DNA from: an uncultured virus (IMG/VR IMGVR_UViG_3300020161_002252)
Lineage: Duplodnaviria > Heunggongvirae > Uroviricota > Caudoviricetes > Herelleviridae
DNA length: 64,000 bases
Reading direction: 5' to 3' (one strand)
Virus record (IMG/VR): IMGVR_UViG_3300020161_002252
The position numbers and the translations under genes are program-made. Numbering within the stretch: the first letter of the stretch is position 1; each line of letters begins with the position of its first letter. The notes below the pieces were generated by a model. That model was not told where the DNA came from. It searched no databases and saw nothing but the letters and a program-made list of their open reading frames with translations. This document shows, in pieces, positions 18,757 through 28,180 of this stretch.

Positions 18757-20631
18757 TTATCCCCAAATAGTAAAAAATCCGTTTTCTTCGCTAGATTCCG
18801 CGTTTTTACTCCAATATCTCATTAAAGTTGGTGATGCTTCAATAGGACAATCTGGACAATATTTACTCATGCCTTGGATCATCAATTCTTGAAGTCTTTT
18901 AGCGGCTTCTTGTGCTTTAAATTCTGGTGCTTCAATGATGATTTCATCATGTATAAAGACAACAGGTCTACAATCGTATAAAGGTGATTTAGGTTCGCTA
19001 AAGCATTCTTTTGTAACTAGAAACAAGGCTTCTTTTGCCCCATCACTCGCCAACCCTTGAAAGGGTGTGTTACAAGCTTGTGTAAAATTAACATTTCCCC
19101 TTCTTCTTTGGCTAAAAGGTACTTCTACATAACCAACTTCATCACTTGTTTTAGCAGCCAAGCGCGTCCATCCTGTCATATCCCAAGCATCAAACCATTG
19201 ATTTTTGAGGTTTACCGCTTCTTCTTCACTTAGGTTTAATCCGTAACCCTTAGCATACGCTTGAAATGATATGTGACCCATACCACCAGGGAAACCAAAG
19301 TTACAAGCTTTGGCGCGTTGTCTATTTGCCTTAATAGTCTTATCCCCTTGCTTCTTTAGGTTCATACCTTCTTCATAAGTTATGTTCATCATTTTACACG
19401 CGAACCAAGTATGAGGATCAAAGCTAGGATCTCGTTTATACCATTGAAGCAATGGGGATTCTATACCAGTCATTGAGTAGTAACATTGAGCTAGTGTTCT
19501 AAGTTCCGCAGCATCATAATCACAAGCAATAAAGATAAATCCTTCACTAGGAACGAAACAATCTCGGATGCCTTCCCTTCTGGGTAAGTTTTGCAAATTA
19601 GGATCTTTGCTAGATGTTCTACCGGTGCTTTGTAGCACTTCGTATTCACAACGCAAACGATTATCTAGGTAATCGCTATTTACCATCTTAATACTATCGA
19701 TATAAGTAGAAAGAAGCTTCTCGCTTTCTCGGTACTCAAGTAAAAATAGGCAATCTGGGTGCTTGGATTCTTCAAGCGCTTGTTTATCAAGGCTAATCCC
19801 GCCATTAACTGTTTTCTTGCTTGTTCCTCCCCTACTTGCGTAGGCCTTTTCAATCGTGCGCTTAATAGTTTCTTTGTTCTCTTTACCTCTGGAATCTAGG
19901 AAACCACAGGCAATTAAGGGTTTAGAAGCTTCTTCTAGCGCTTGTTTTAGATTTTGTTCTACTTGATCCACTTTAGATGAATCCACACGGATGCCGTGAG
20001 ATCCCATCAATCTCAAACAAAAATCAGCTTTTACTTGGGCTACCTGGTTATTTATCTCTTCATGGTCGATTTGTTTAATCTGACAACAATAAATTAGAAG
20101 TGCCCACATAGCATCTTCCAACGCGTATTTTTTAGCTTCATCTTCCCATTGATCCACTGGGATATCTCTTAAAGAATCATAGTGATAACGAATAGCATTC
20201 GCATCTTTCTTGCCTTGATAGATATCTGTATCAAAATACTTATAAACAAGACCCGCTAAACTCAACTTTCCCGCGCCATTCTCATATCTACCAGAACCGT
20301 CGCCACCATTGGCAATTTTATGAAGCTTCTCAATGATCTTTGTATCTTGAATCCTACCCGCATCAAGTGCCTTAAACGCGTAAGGGTACAAAGTAGGATA
20401 TGCGTTACAAATTACGCTCAAATCAAATGCTGCATTGTGCATAATAATTGTACATTGTTCATCAGATAACACCTTAACAAGCCAATCATATAACTCTTTG
20501 CTAAATCCACTAACAAAGCTATAAATTGCGTGTTTTCCGTTGTTTTGTGCATAGGCGCTTAGGCAAATAGGCGCTGGGACATTGTTATCTTTGATTAAAT
20601 AAGTTTCTGTATCTATTGCTATTAGGTGCAT
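18757..20631 (-). CDS. polA: DNA polymerase family A with 3'-5' exonuclease
   Basis: DTET, HNAAFD, YALEDA (exonuclease); TGRTSSKDPNLQNLP, DY-x-x-x-ELR, R-x-x-AK-x-x-NFG, N-x-P-x-QG and FIHDE. Confidence 0.93.
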   Translation of the reverse strand: MHLIAIDTETYLIKDNNVPAPICLSAYAQNNGKHAIYSFVSGFSKELYDWLVKVLSDEQCTIIMHNAAFDLSVICNAYPTLYPYAFKALDAGRIQDTKIIEKLHKIANGGDGSGRYENGAGKLSLAGLVYKYFDTDIYQGKKDANAIRYHYDSLRDIPVDQWEDEAKKYALEDAMWALLIYCCQIKQIDHEEINNQVAQVKADFCLRLMGSHGIRVDSSKVDQVEQNLKQALEEASKPLIACGFLDSRGKENKETIKRTIEKAYASRGGTSKKTVNGGISLDKQALEESKHPDCLFLLEYRESEKLLSTYIDSIKMVNSDYLDNRLRCEYEVLQSTGRTSSKDPNLQNLPRREGIRDCFVPSEGFIFIACDYDAAELRTLAQCYYSMTGIESPLLQWYKRDPSFDPHTWFACKMMNITYEEGMNLKKQGDKTIKANRQRAKACNFGFPGGMGHISFQAYAKGYGLNLSEEEAVNLKNQWFDAWDMTGWTRLAAKTSDEVGYVEVPFSQRRRGNVNFTQACNTPFQGLASDGAKEALFLVTKECFSEPKSPLYDCRPVVFIHDEIIIEAPEFKAQEAAKRLQELMIQGMSKYCPDCPIEASPTLMRYWSKNAESSEENGFFTIWG

Positions 20632-20674
20632 AGAGTACCTTCTTTCTTGGTGATTGAGTTACAAGAGTTTGAAA

Positions 20675-20703
20675 ATTATATATACACTGGTTAATTTTGT
20701 CAA
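20675..20703 (-). promoter_or_regulatory. Consensus sigma70 promoter TTGACA-17-TATAAT for the polymerase operon
   Basis: tgtcaa 20698-20703 and attata 20675-20680 with a 17-bp spacer. Confidence 0.85.
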
Positions 20704-20720
20704 AGTTATTTACATAAAAT

Positions 20721-20744
20721 AAAAAACCCCCATGTTACTGGGGG
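20721..20744 (-). terminator. Rho-independent terminator
   Basis: Minus strand reads CCCCCA-GTAACA-TGGGGG followed by TTTTTT. Confidence 0.8.
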
Positions 20745-20908
20745 CTTATTATCGGTTGTGGGTCTCTTGCTCTCTCAACCATCCTTAAAAGGATTTCATT
20801 AGCGCTCTTTAGCGCGTAACTACTTAAAGATGTAAAAGCCTAAGAGCGTAGGACTCAAAGGCATTTACTACCTGACCACCCCGCATACATGGGCTATGTA
20901 CACAAGAT
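20721..20908 (-). ncRNA. Candidate structured small RNA of unknown family
   Basis: Bounded by a promoter and a terminator; several hairpins; only tiny ORFs. Confidence 0.45.
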
Positions 20909-20914
20909 AAAAGT

Positions 20915-20942
20915 AGTATATCAAACTTTTTAACGTTGTCAA
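20915..20942 (-). promoter_or_regulatory. Sigma70-type promoter TTGACA-16-TATACT
   Basis: tgtcaa 20937-20942 and agtata 20915-20920. Confidence 0.65.
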
Positions 20943-20953
20943 TACTTTTTTGC

Positions 20954-21466
20954 TTAAAAAGGCATTGTTGGATCAATATTTGACGCTGAACCATCATCAC
21001 CGAAGTTTTGATTAGAATAGTGTTGCCAACTGGTTTCTAAGAACGCTTTATCATTCTTTGATGTTTTAGAAGTAACTCTTGCACGAACCATATAAGGAAC
21101 TAAAGCAGAATTAGAACCACCGGAACAAGCATTGATCACAACAGAAGCATCAATTTGATTTGAGTAGCTTGGGGGAAGTACAGCGCAAACAAAAGCTTTC
21201 AATGCTTTTAGATTACCGTCTTTCTTCCACACTGGGCAACCGGTCAATTGATAAAAATGCTTGATTGGTGTATCTTTTGCCATGGTTGTACTTTCAACAA
21301 CAACCCCTTCAATCACAATGTATTCATTACCATCTTTTTGAGAAGCGAACCCGTCAATAGATTCTAATCGGATTACATGTACACCTTCTGAAAGATTTTC
21401 ACGGTGCATTCTGGCTTGTGCGCTTTGTGCGATTTGTTGCGCATATTTTGAAATATCAAATGTCAT
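20954..21466 (-). CDS. Putative single-stranded DNA-binding protein
   Basis: OB-fold-like beta pattern, acidic tail ending in PF, position between helicase and polymerase. Confidence 0.6.
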   Translation of the reverse strand: MTFDISKYAQQIAQSAQARMHRENLSEGVHVIRLESIDGFASQKDGNEYIVIEGVVVESTTMAKDTPIKHFYQLTGCPVWKKDGNLKALKAFVCAVLPPSYSNQIDASVVINACSGGSNSALVPYMVRARVTSKTSKNDKAFLETSWQHYSNQNFGDDGSASNIDPTMPF

Positions 21467-21576
21467 TTTTCAATGTCCTTTGTTCTTTGTTTATTCTCGA
21501 TCTAGTGAATCAAGATGCTAGGTACTCTATAAACTCTTTATCTTTGTTTTTTCTTTCAAAAGTGAAAAATTTTTAG

Positions 21577-23217
21577 CTAAATCTTTGTAGCATAGATCAA
21601 TCGTTGGTTTTGTCCTGTTGTATCTTGGATATATTGCGCGTCTTTGATCGCATTATAAAACGCTTTACCGAATAAACCCCCGCTAATCACATGAAACTTG
21701 ACTTCATCCTCTTGTTGTCCTGGTCTATGGGTTCTAGCCAATAATTGTTCCCAAGTGCTAGGATGCGCCAAAGGATGAATGAGAACTTGATTACTCCATG
21801 CTTGAAGATTCTTACCTGTTCCATGCGCGGATAAACTCATGATGCAATTATGCGCAATATGTTTATTTTGCTCTAGTAACTGAGCATCTTGATCACCTGC
21901 ACCATAATAGGGAATGTTCAATTTCTCTTTTAGCTTATTTGCTAAGGCTGTGTATTGTACCCATATAATCGAAGGTCTATCTTGTTGACCTAACCAATAA
22001 CTAGCAAATTTAATCAAATAATCATCAATCCATATTTCCCGCGTTGATGGTGGTTCTATATGCTGCATAGATTGCCAGGTATACCAAGCATCTCTTAATT
22101 TTGCGGGTGCTTGTTTGGATTGTGCAAAAGTAGCAATATGAGAAATAGAATCGAAGCTTGAGTTTTCTAGCATCTGGAAGGCAACGCGCCCCCAATTTCT
22201 CTTTGCTTCAATCCATTCTTTATTGACTTCTCTATTACCCCAATCCCAAGTATAAATAAACCCGCATGAAAGTTGACCCCATACACGAAGCAAAAAAGAA
22301 TCTTTAGGCGTCCAAAGATCCGATGATTTCATTAAATGTTCAAGCATCAAAGGATCTAAAATTTCACTGGTTGAACTTATGATATCCCCTGTTCTTAGCG
22401 CGTCTTGTATTGCACTTGTCAAAGATTTAGGTGTATCTACTTTATGTTTATGTATGATCAATGAAGCGCCAACCTCTTGGGACTTTGTAATCACGATCCC
22501 CTTAGAACTCCTTAATCTAGTCTGTAATGCTTCTCTTGTTGGTTTTGCACCAAATACCGAATACACCGGCTTAGAATAAACATGTTCTTCTATACACAAG
22601 CTCCACTCTTCCACGATAGAAGGGAGTCTAGGTAATGGGGAATATACCTTTAAGCTCCATGCGCTCAAATGCGCATAATCAGATAAGGATCTTGCACACA
22701 AAGTACCACTAAGAGCGCAAAAATGAGTATTTACATTCAGGACCAAGTATTTATCTAGTCTTCGTACCCTTGCACTTTTGCGGTTTTTCAAGCTATGCGC
22801 TTCATCACATATAATTAAATCTGGTTTATAGGTGTCTAGCGCTTCTATTTGCTTAGGTGAGCTCAAAGTTTCATAAGATAATACTTTCATTTCTTTAAGT
22901 TGCCAGTGAGCGCCGTACGCTTCTCTATCCGCCAAGTGCTGGGTGATCATGAACGCGGGTAATAATAATAAGGGTCGTTCAGCCCTAAGTACGCTAGGAA
23001 GCAATAGGGATACGAGCGTTTTACCTTCCCCACAAGCTACAAATCCAAGTAAACCTTTTCTATCTATTGACTGCCAAAGCATTTCATTTTGAATCGGTCT
23101 AAGCTTTTGTTTCCCTTGCTCAGTCTTTAAATACTTGGTCAAATCCTGATCATGTTCAATTTTATCTAATGGGACTTCTTTTAATCGTTCCCATTCCAAA
23201 GAATCAAGATTTTTCAT
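21577..23217 (-). CDS. SF2 (SNF2-like) DNA helicase
   Basis: LRPIQ, GEGKT, ICDEAH, LSGT, GTGKNLQ and EQLLARTHRPGQ. Confidence 0.9.
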   Translation of the reverse strand: MKNLDSLEWERLKEVPLDKIEHDQDLTKYLKTEQGKQKLRPIQNEMLWQSIDRKGLLGFVACGEGKTLVSLLLPSVLRAERPLLLLPAFMITQHLADREAYGAHWQLKEMKVLSYETLSSPKQIEALDTYKPDLIICDEAHSLKNRKSARVRRLDKYLVLNVNTHFCALSGTLCARSLSDYAHLSAWSLKVYSPLPRLPSIVEEWSLCIEEHVYSKPVYSVFGAKPTREALQTRLRSSKGIVITKSQEVGASLIIHKHKVDTPKSLTSAIQDALRTGDIISSTSEILDPLMLEHLMKSSDLWTPKDSFLLRVWGQLSCGFIYTWDWGNREVNKEWIEAKRNWGRVAFQMLENSSFDSISHIATFAQSKQAPAKLRDAWYTWQSMQHIEPPSTREIWIDDYLIKFASYWLGQQDRPSIIWVQYTALANKLKEKLNIPYYGAGDQDAQLLEQNKHIAHNCIMSLSAHGTGKNLQAWSNQVLIHPLAHPSTWEQLLARTHRPGQQEDEVKFHVISGGLFGKAFYNAIKDAQYIQDTTGQNQRLIYATKI

Positions 23218-24371
23218 TATGCTCTACGAATAACAACATCTGCCATAGTAATCAATACCGAACCTATTTTATTATATTCTTCGCTCATAGGATCTAAAAA
23301 GATACTTGATGCCTTTGTTGGCCATCCAGTTTCTAGGATCAAACTTTGAAAAGCTACCCAACCCTTACCGTAATCTACTTGAGATAAATGTAATACTTGA
23401 AACTTCTGGCAAACAATATTGATCTCATTTGCAAATGCTTCATAGAAAGTAACAGGTGCTTTTGTACCTTTTTGAGGGAAAGCGCCAACATACAAAATAT
23501 TCATTGATTGCGCGGGTTGAATTGGTTGTGCTGGTTGCATGGGTTGTGCTGGTTGCATTGGTTGCATGGGCTGCATTGGTTGTTCTGGTTGAACAGGTTT
23601 TAAACCTAATTTGTTTGTGAAACTCATGTTGTTCTCATTGTCTTTGTTCAATGTTACTGTTTTCATTGCCTTCATAGATATACAAGTATCAAGGAAGGGG
23701 CACCCGCCAAATTTGAAACAAGATTCTGTATTCCTGGGAATATCTTCTATCTCTTTGGTTGATGACTCTTTCATCTCTTTGATTGTATCTACGATACTTT
23801 CAAACACTTGTAAACATTCTTTTCTTTCAATCTTAACGCTTATTTTATCCGCCCAATATGGCTCTTTTGTACCATAGTAAATGTGAACAAGCTCAAGTTC
23901 ATCAATAAAAAAATTATCGAATACCGATTGAGCATAGATCACCATTTGAGCATCAAACTTCAGTTCTAGCGCTGTTTTCATGTATCTTTTTGATCCTGTT
24001 GTCTTATGATCAATGATACGAATAAAACCATCTCCACGCTCAAGCATATCAATAAACCCCATAATTGGTACTGGTGTATTTTTGATAGGCATTGATTCAT
24101 GTATCCCTACTTCAATCTCAATTGATTTACTTGGCGCTGGTAAAAAGGGAAGACCCTTATTAGCGATTTCACCTATTGAGGATTTAGGTATCTCAGTTAA
24201 ATCTTTGAAATAAGCTTCTATGATAGAATGTACTTGCTTTCCTAAGTCTGTTGAAGCCGTTGATGGTGTAGGTATTCCTAAAATCTTTTGATAGTACCAT
24301 TTTCTAGGGCAATCTTTAAAAGTTTTGATTTGAGAAGCGCTAACATGCTCTAGCTTGTGTTTTGAACTCAT
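23217..24371 (-). CDS. PD-(D/E)XK Cas4/RecB-like exonuclease with C-terminal extension
   Basis: SASQI...CPRKW, G-x-x-VH, GFIDM, IIDHKT, Q-x-x-x-Y and C-x-x-x-x-x-CPF-x-x-x-C. Confidence 0.85.
   Translation of the reverse strand: MSSKHKLEHVSASQIKTFKDCPRKWYYQKILGIPTPSTASTDLGKQVHSIIEAYFKDLTEIPKSSIGEIANKGLPFLPAPSKSIEIEVGIHESMPIKNTPVPIMGFIDMLERGDGFIRIIDHKTTGSKRYMKTALELKFDAQMVIYAQSVFDNFFIDELELVHIYYGTKEPYWADKISVKIERKECLQVFESIVDTIKEMKESSTKEIEDIPRNTESCFKFGGCPFLDTCISMKAMKTVTLNKDNENNMSFTNKLGLKPVQPEQPMQPMQPMQPAQPMQPAQPIQPAQSMNILYVGAFPQKGTKAPVTFYEAFANEINIVCQKFQVLHLSQVDYGKGWVAFQSLILETGWPTKASSIFLDPMSEEYNKIGSVLITMADVVIRRA
23510..23598 (-). repeat. 9-bp unit repeat encoding a (QP[MAI])n linker
   Basis: PVQPEQPMQPMQPMQPAQPMQPAQPIQPAQ in the nuclease ORF. 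Confidence 0.85.
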
Positions 24372-27300
24372 TATTTATTTAGTGCTTTCATCTGTTCTTT
24401 GATTGCTCTTTGCTCTGGGGTAGTTGCCTTATTCAAAGCTTCTTGAATACTGGTAACCCCCAAAGCACTAGATAGTAAAGAAGCGGCACCACAATCAACC
24501 TTAACACCGCCTGCGGTATCTCCGCCTATTGGTGTACCTTCTGGGTAATGCTTCAAGTATTCTTCTTGTGATATTCTTGTCTTTGGCGCGTATGCTGGCC
24601 AAGAAGAATCATAACATCCTCTACCTTGAATCTTTTTATCAATTGAACTTGGTTTAGCTTCATCTTTTGATATAGCAAAGAATTTAATTGCTTCTCCGAC
24701 CATTCTAGCGCTCCAAGGTTTATCTTTCTTGGGTGTTTTAAATCCTTCTTGGGATAGTATATCCGCTATTTGAGTTTGAGTCTTATCAATACAAAGAAGA
24801 TCATAAATCTTTGATTTTAGCGCTAGGGTGTATGCACTGGGTGATGATGATTCGATATTGAAAAGAGTTACTTCATGCTTTAACTCTGCAATAGGTTTAG
24901 ATTCGATTTGCTTGGGTTCTTCAATATAAACTAGCCCAAATTCACAATCTGTTCTATCCTTGCCACAAATCCCCCCTTGCATGATGAATTGACAAGTATC
25001 TGTTTTATCGTTCAAAACAGATTGCTTACAAGCGCTTTGCCAATCATATTTTAATACTCGTTCAATCTTTTGAATTGGTGCTACTACGCTAGCTTGATAG
25101 ATAGGTTGTAGGCTGGGTACTGGTGTATTTTCTTTGCTTGATTGTGCTAAGAATCTTGATAGATCAGTATTCTTTTTGGGTGTTTCTTGGTGGTCTACTG
25201 GGACAAGACAATAAAAAGTTTTATTCCCCGCGCCTTTGGTAATCTGGAATTGATAACCTTGAACAACCTTATCTTTGAATCGATTTAGTTTTTTAGCAAG
25301 TGATACAGTAGTCATAGGAACTTTTGAGCTACCATATAGCATTTCATACATAGAATCTAGATAAGTGTTAAATCCGGTCTTTGCTTTATACGCATCAATG
25401 ATATCACTTGCTAGCCAAAGCGCGATCTCTCCCTTAGATGCAAAATGATCATCTTGGAATTTCTTTAAACAACCAAAAACCTCAACAAGTTCATCCGTAT
25501 CTCTAGATAAAGTATGCTCCTTTGACGCGGTGATAATATCGATATCTTGAAACCCAAGGATCATAGCTAACCATGCTAAAGGCTTTTGTACGATATCAGC
25601 CCAAGCTTCAAATGATCCAAAAGACATACAATATTCATTGATTGCTTTTTTATCTGCATGTTCTAGATATGCTTGTTGAATGGTCAACAAATCGCGCCAA
25701 ATCATCGAATATTGCGAAGATGCAAAAGACTCAATATCTTTATGCTTGAAATCTTTTCTATTTGTTGGATCATCTAATTGAGTCACTAGGCGAACAGTAA
25801 TAGTCCTTCTATGTGTATCCCCCTTTAATACTGCATTGTTACCGGTACCCGCTAAGAAAGTTCGCATCTTGATAGGCGTTTGTTCACTCTTGCCAAGCTT
25901 TCGGATGCTTACAATATCACTTGTCAAGAAAACATCCATCACTTTACCACCGAAATAATTCGTGATATTATCCAAGATGATATAATCCGAAGAATCCAAA
26001 AGTAACCCATTCAATCTTTTTTCTAGTTCTGTTTCATCATCTGGGGGGCTTATGATTGTAGTATTTCTTTTACCTGTAACGGCGCTCATAATAGCACTAA
26101 TTAGCTTGGTTTTACCCGCGCCTGGTGAATTTGCACTCACTAAATAAAAAGGTGCTGTACTATCAATTTTCCTTCTGAATGCAGCGGTAAATAAAGCGCT
26201 TAATGCTACCAATTTTTGCCCCTCGTCCGCCAAGGGGAAATCAGTTAATAAATCAAGAAGTCTTGCGCCTGCTTCTTGTGCATCTTGGATTGAATTAGGG
26301 ATATCATGTAAATGCTTTGATTTGAAGCTTGGGGATGGTGTAAAAAATGTTTTTTGAGATTCACAATAACCAACAGAATCGATTAAAGGTTCAAAAGAAT
26401 CATTGATAGGTGGGTAACATGTTAAACTATCTAAAATAGGCAACAAGTCGCGATAAGAATGATAGTGACGATTAATCACTTTTTCAATGCTCAAGTTCTC
26501 ATATTTACGAATGAAATCGCCTTTTTTACTCATGCTAAAAGTGTACCATTTTGAATGATGATCCAGATAACTAGCAATCTCTTCTTTTGTAGGTGTGATA
26601 ATTCTATATTGATTCAATTGGCGATCAAATATAACGCGTACAATTTCCCTCGCTTTTTGATAGAATGGTGCTTCTTTCTCAGCTTTGAGTACAGAAGCTA
26701 TATTTTCACAAATAGATTCCGCGTTAATCGTATCAAGCTCAAACTCGAAACCTTGCTTAATATGCTTCTCAAAAAGCTCTGGGAACTTATTTTTTAGCGC
26801 ATTGGGTTTCTTTCTTTCTTCCATACAAGAAGCATGTTTGCAATCGAAAATAAAACCCTTTTTACCATCGCTAAATAAAACACTCGCATTAGATCTAGGA
26901 TCATTGCTTGAGTGCTTATCACTCCATGGACAAATTACGCGGTGCATGGGTTCACCGTTTAATGTCTTATTCATGGATTCAATATATAAATTTGCTTCTT
27001 TGAAAATATCAACCAAGCCATTTAAACCCTGAGTACCTTGTTTTCTATGCTGCATTGATACATTTGCATAAGCTAGGAACTCATGATCAATAGCATGAAC
27101 ATAAGTTTCTTTTGGAATATAAAAGCAAGATTCAAGCTTCTGTTTATCGCGGATTACTGAAGGAAGCCTAAAAGTCTTAATTGGATCAGTACAAGATAAA
27201 TCAAACGCGCCAAGATCACACTTAGGCAATTGTTCCAAAACACTGGTATAAACAAGATTCCAATCAGCCCCCTCTAAATCCATGTTCAATTTATATTGTG

Positions 27301-27805
27301 CATCTAAGGGAATTAAAACACGAAGCCCATTCAGTGTTTTATAAATAAGGGACTTGCCTAAAATATGATGATTTTGCCAACCAATTACACACGCTTTAAA
27401 ATCTTCAATGCTCCAAGGCCATTTTTTACCATCTTTTTTAGCATCAAAATCTAAGACAATAAGATCAACAAAACATTGATATGCTTTTAATGTACTCTTT
27501 GCCAAACGCCAAGCTTCATTTTGTCCTTTGGTGACACTGGGCAAATAAACCGGCTGCATTTGTGCATCTGAATCAAAGGTGTGCGCTAGTGCTTGTTTAA
27601 TCTCAGCTAAGTAGCATTTTTGATTAGGATCGTCTACAAAAGCTTCAGCGTTTACTTTTAAATGTGGCAATAAGCCAACTATTAAGGATCTTGATTGCCA
27701 AGTATTCAAAATATCTTGTGTGAGTTCCTGGGAACTGAGAAATTTATATTCAGAAGGTGAACTTGTATTGTTACTCTTCTTATTAAATAGGGATGATAAA
27801 CCCAT
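24371..27805 (-). CDS. Primase-helicase (AEP-like N-terminus, Zn finger, P-loop helicase, C-terminal HTH)
   Basis: VLDFD, T-x-NG-x-R, RLP, CPW-x-x-x-H...C-x-H-x-x-C, ANSPGAGKT, ILDN, TGNN and RR. ATG at 27805 has a GGAGG RBS (track start 27832). Confidence 0.8.
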   Translation of the reverse strand: MGLSSLFNKKSNNTSSPSEYKFLSSQELTQDILNTWQSRSLIVGLLPHLKVNAEAFVDDPNQKCYLAEIKQALAHTFDSDAQMQPVYLPSVTKGQNEAWRLAKSTLKAYQCFVDLIVLDFDAKKDGKKWPWSIEDFKACVIGWQNHHILGKSLIYKTLNGLRVLIPLDAQYKLNMDLEGADWNLVYTSVLEQLPKCDLGAFDLSCTDPIKTFRLPSVIRDKQKLESCFYIPKETYVHAIDHEFLAYANVSMQHRKQGTQGLNGLVDIFKEANLYIESMNKTLNGEPMHRVICPWSDKHSSNDPRSNASVLFSDGKKGFIFDCKHASCMEERKKPNALKNKFPELFEKHIKQGFEFELDTINAESICENIASVLKAEKEAPFYQKAREIVRVIFDRQLNQYRIITPTKEEIASYLDHHSKWYTFSMSKKGDFIRKYENLSIEKVINRHYHSYRDLLPILDSLTCYPPINDSFEPLIDSVGYCESQKTFFTPSPSFKSKHLHDIPNSIQDAQEAGARLLDLLTDFPLADEGQKLVALSALFTAAFRRKIDSTAPFYLVSANSPGAGKTKLISAIMSAVTGKRNTTIISPPDDETELEKRLNGLLLDSSDYIILDNITNYFGGKVMDVFLTSDIVSIRKLGKSEQTPIKMRTFLAGTGNNAVLKGDTHRRTITVRLVTQLDDPTNRKDFKHKDIESFASSQYSMIWRDLLTIQQAYLEHADKKAINEYCMSFGSFEAWADIVQKPLAWLAMILGFQDIDIITASKEHTLSRDTDELVEVFGCLKKFQDDHFASKGEIALWLASDIIDAYKAKTGFNTYLDSMYEMLYGSSKVPMTTVSLAKKLNRFKDKVVQGYQFQITKGAGNKTFYCLVPVDHQETPKKNTDLSRFLAQSSKENTPVPSLQPIYQASVVAPIQKIERVLKYDWQSACKQSVLNDKTDTCQFIMQGGICGKDRTDCEFGLVYIEEPKQIESKPIAELKHEVTLFNIESSSPSAYTLALKSKIYDLLCIDKTQTQIADILSQEGFKTPKKDKPWSARMVGEAIKFFAISKDEAKPSSIDKKIQGRGCYDSSWPAYAPKTRISQEEYLKHYPEGTPIGGDTAGGVKVDCGAASLLSSALGVTSIQEALNKATTPEQRAIKEQMKALNK

Positions 27806-27841
27806 GGGATAGCCTCCAATGCTAGGGGTCAAGGTTGATCA

Positions 27842-27870
27842 AAGGTATCAAAATAAGATGAGATCGTCAA
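27842..27870 (-). promoter_or_regulatory. Sigma70-type promoter TTGACG-17-TACCTT for the replication operon
   Basis: cgtcaa 27865-27870 and aaggta 27842-27847. Confidence 0.6.
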
Positions 27871-27892
27871 ATCAAAGTATGAAAATTAACTT

Positions 27893-28180
27893 AGTTAAGA
27901 TTCAAAAAAAGCAATCTTAACGCAAAATTGTGACATATTATCAATAACTTAGAACATATTTACATATAGTTAAGATTCAAAAACTTATCCATCCCTATAT
28001 ATATGTGTATATGTGTATCATGTGTATCATATATATATAGTATTTCCCCTTCAAACTTTCTAAATAATCTTAACTATCTTAACTAATGTTATCTAAGTTA
28101 TTGATATTCCGTCACAATTATTGAGTTAAGATTGAGTTAAGATTGAGTTAAGATTCACTTTTGAACATTCAATCTTAACT
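27893..28180. repeat. Iteron-like repeat region with palindromic AT-rich core; putative replication origin, copy 2
   Basis: Same AGTTAAGATT/AATCTTAACT repeats, a 15-bp inverted repeat (27939-27953/28092-28106), and the same CCCTATATAT...GTGTATCATATATATATA core as 528-580. Confidence 0.78.

Noticed and set aside
23217..24371. Cas4-like nuclease as evidence of CRISPR-Cas
   Set aside because: Solo Cas4/RecB-like nucleases are routine in phage replication modules; no cas1/cas2 or array
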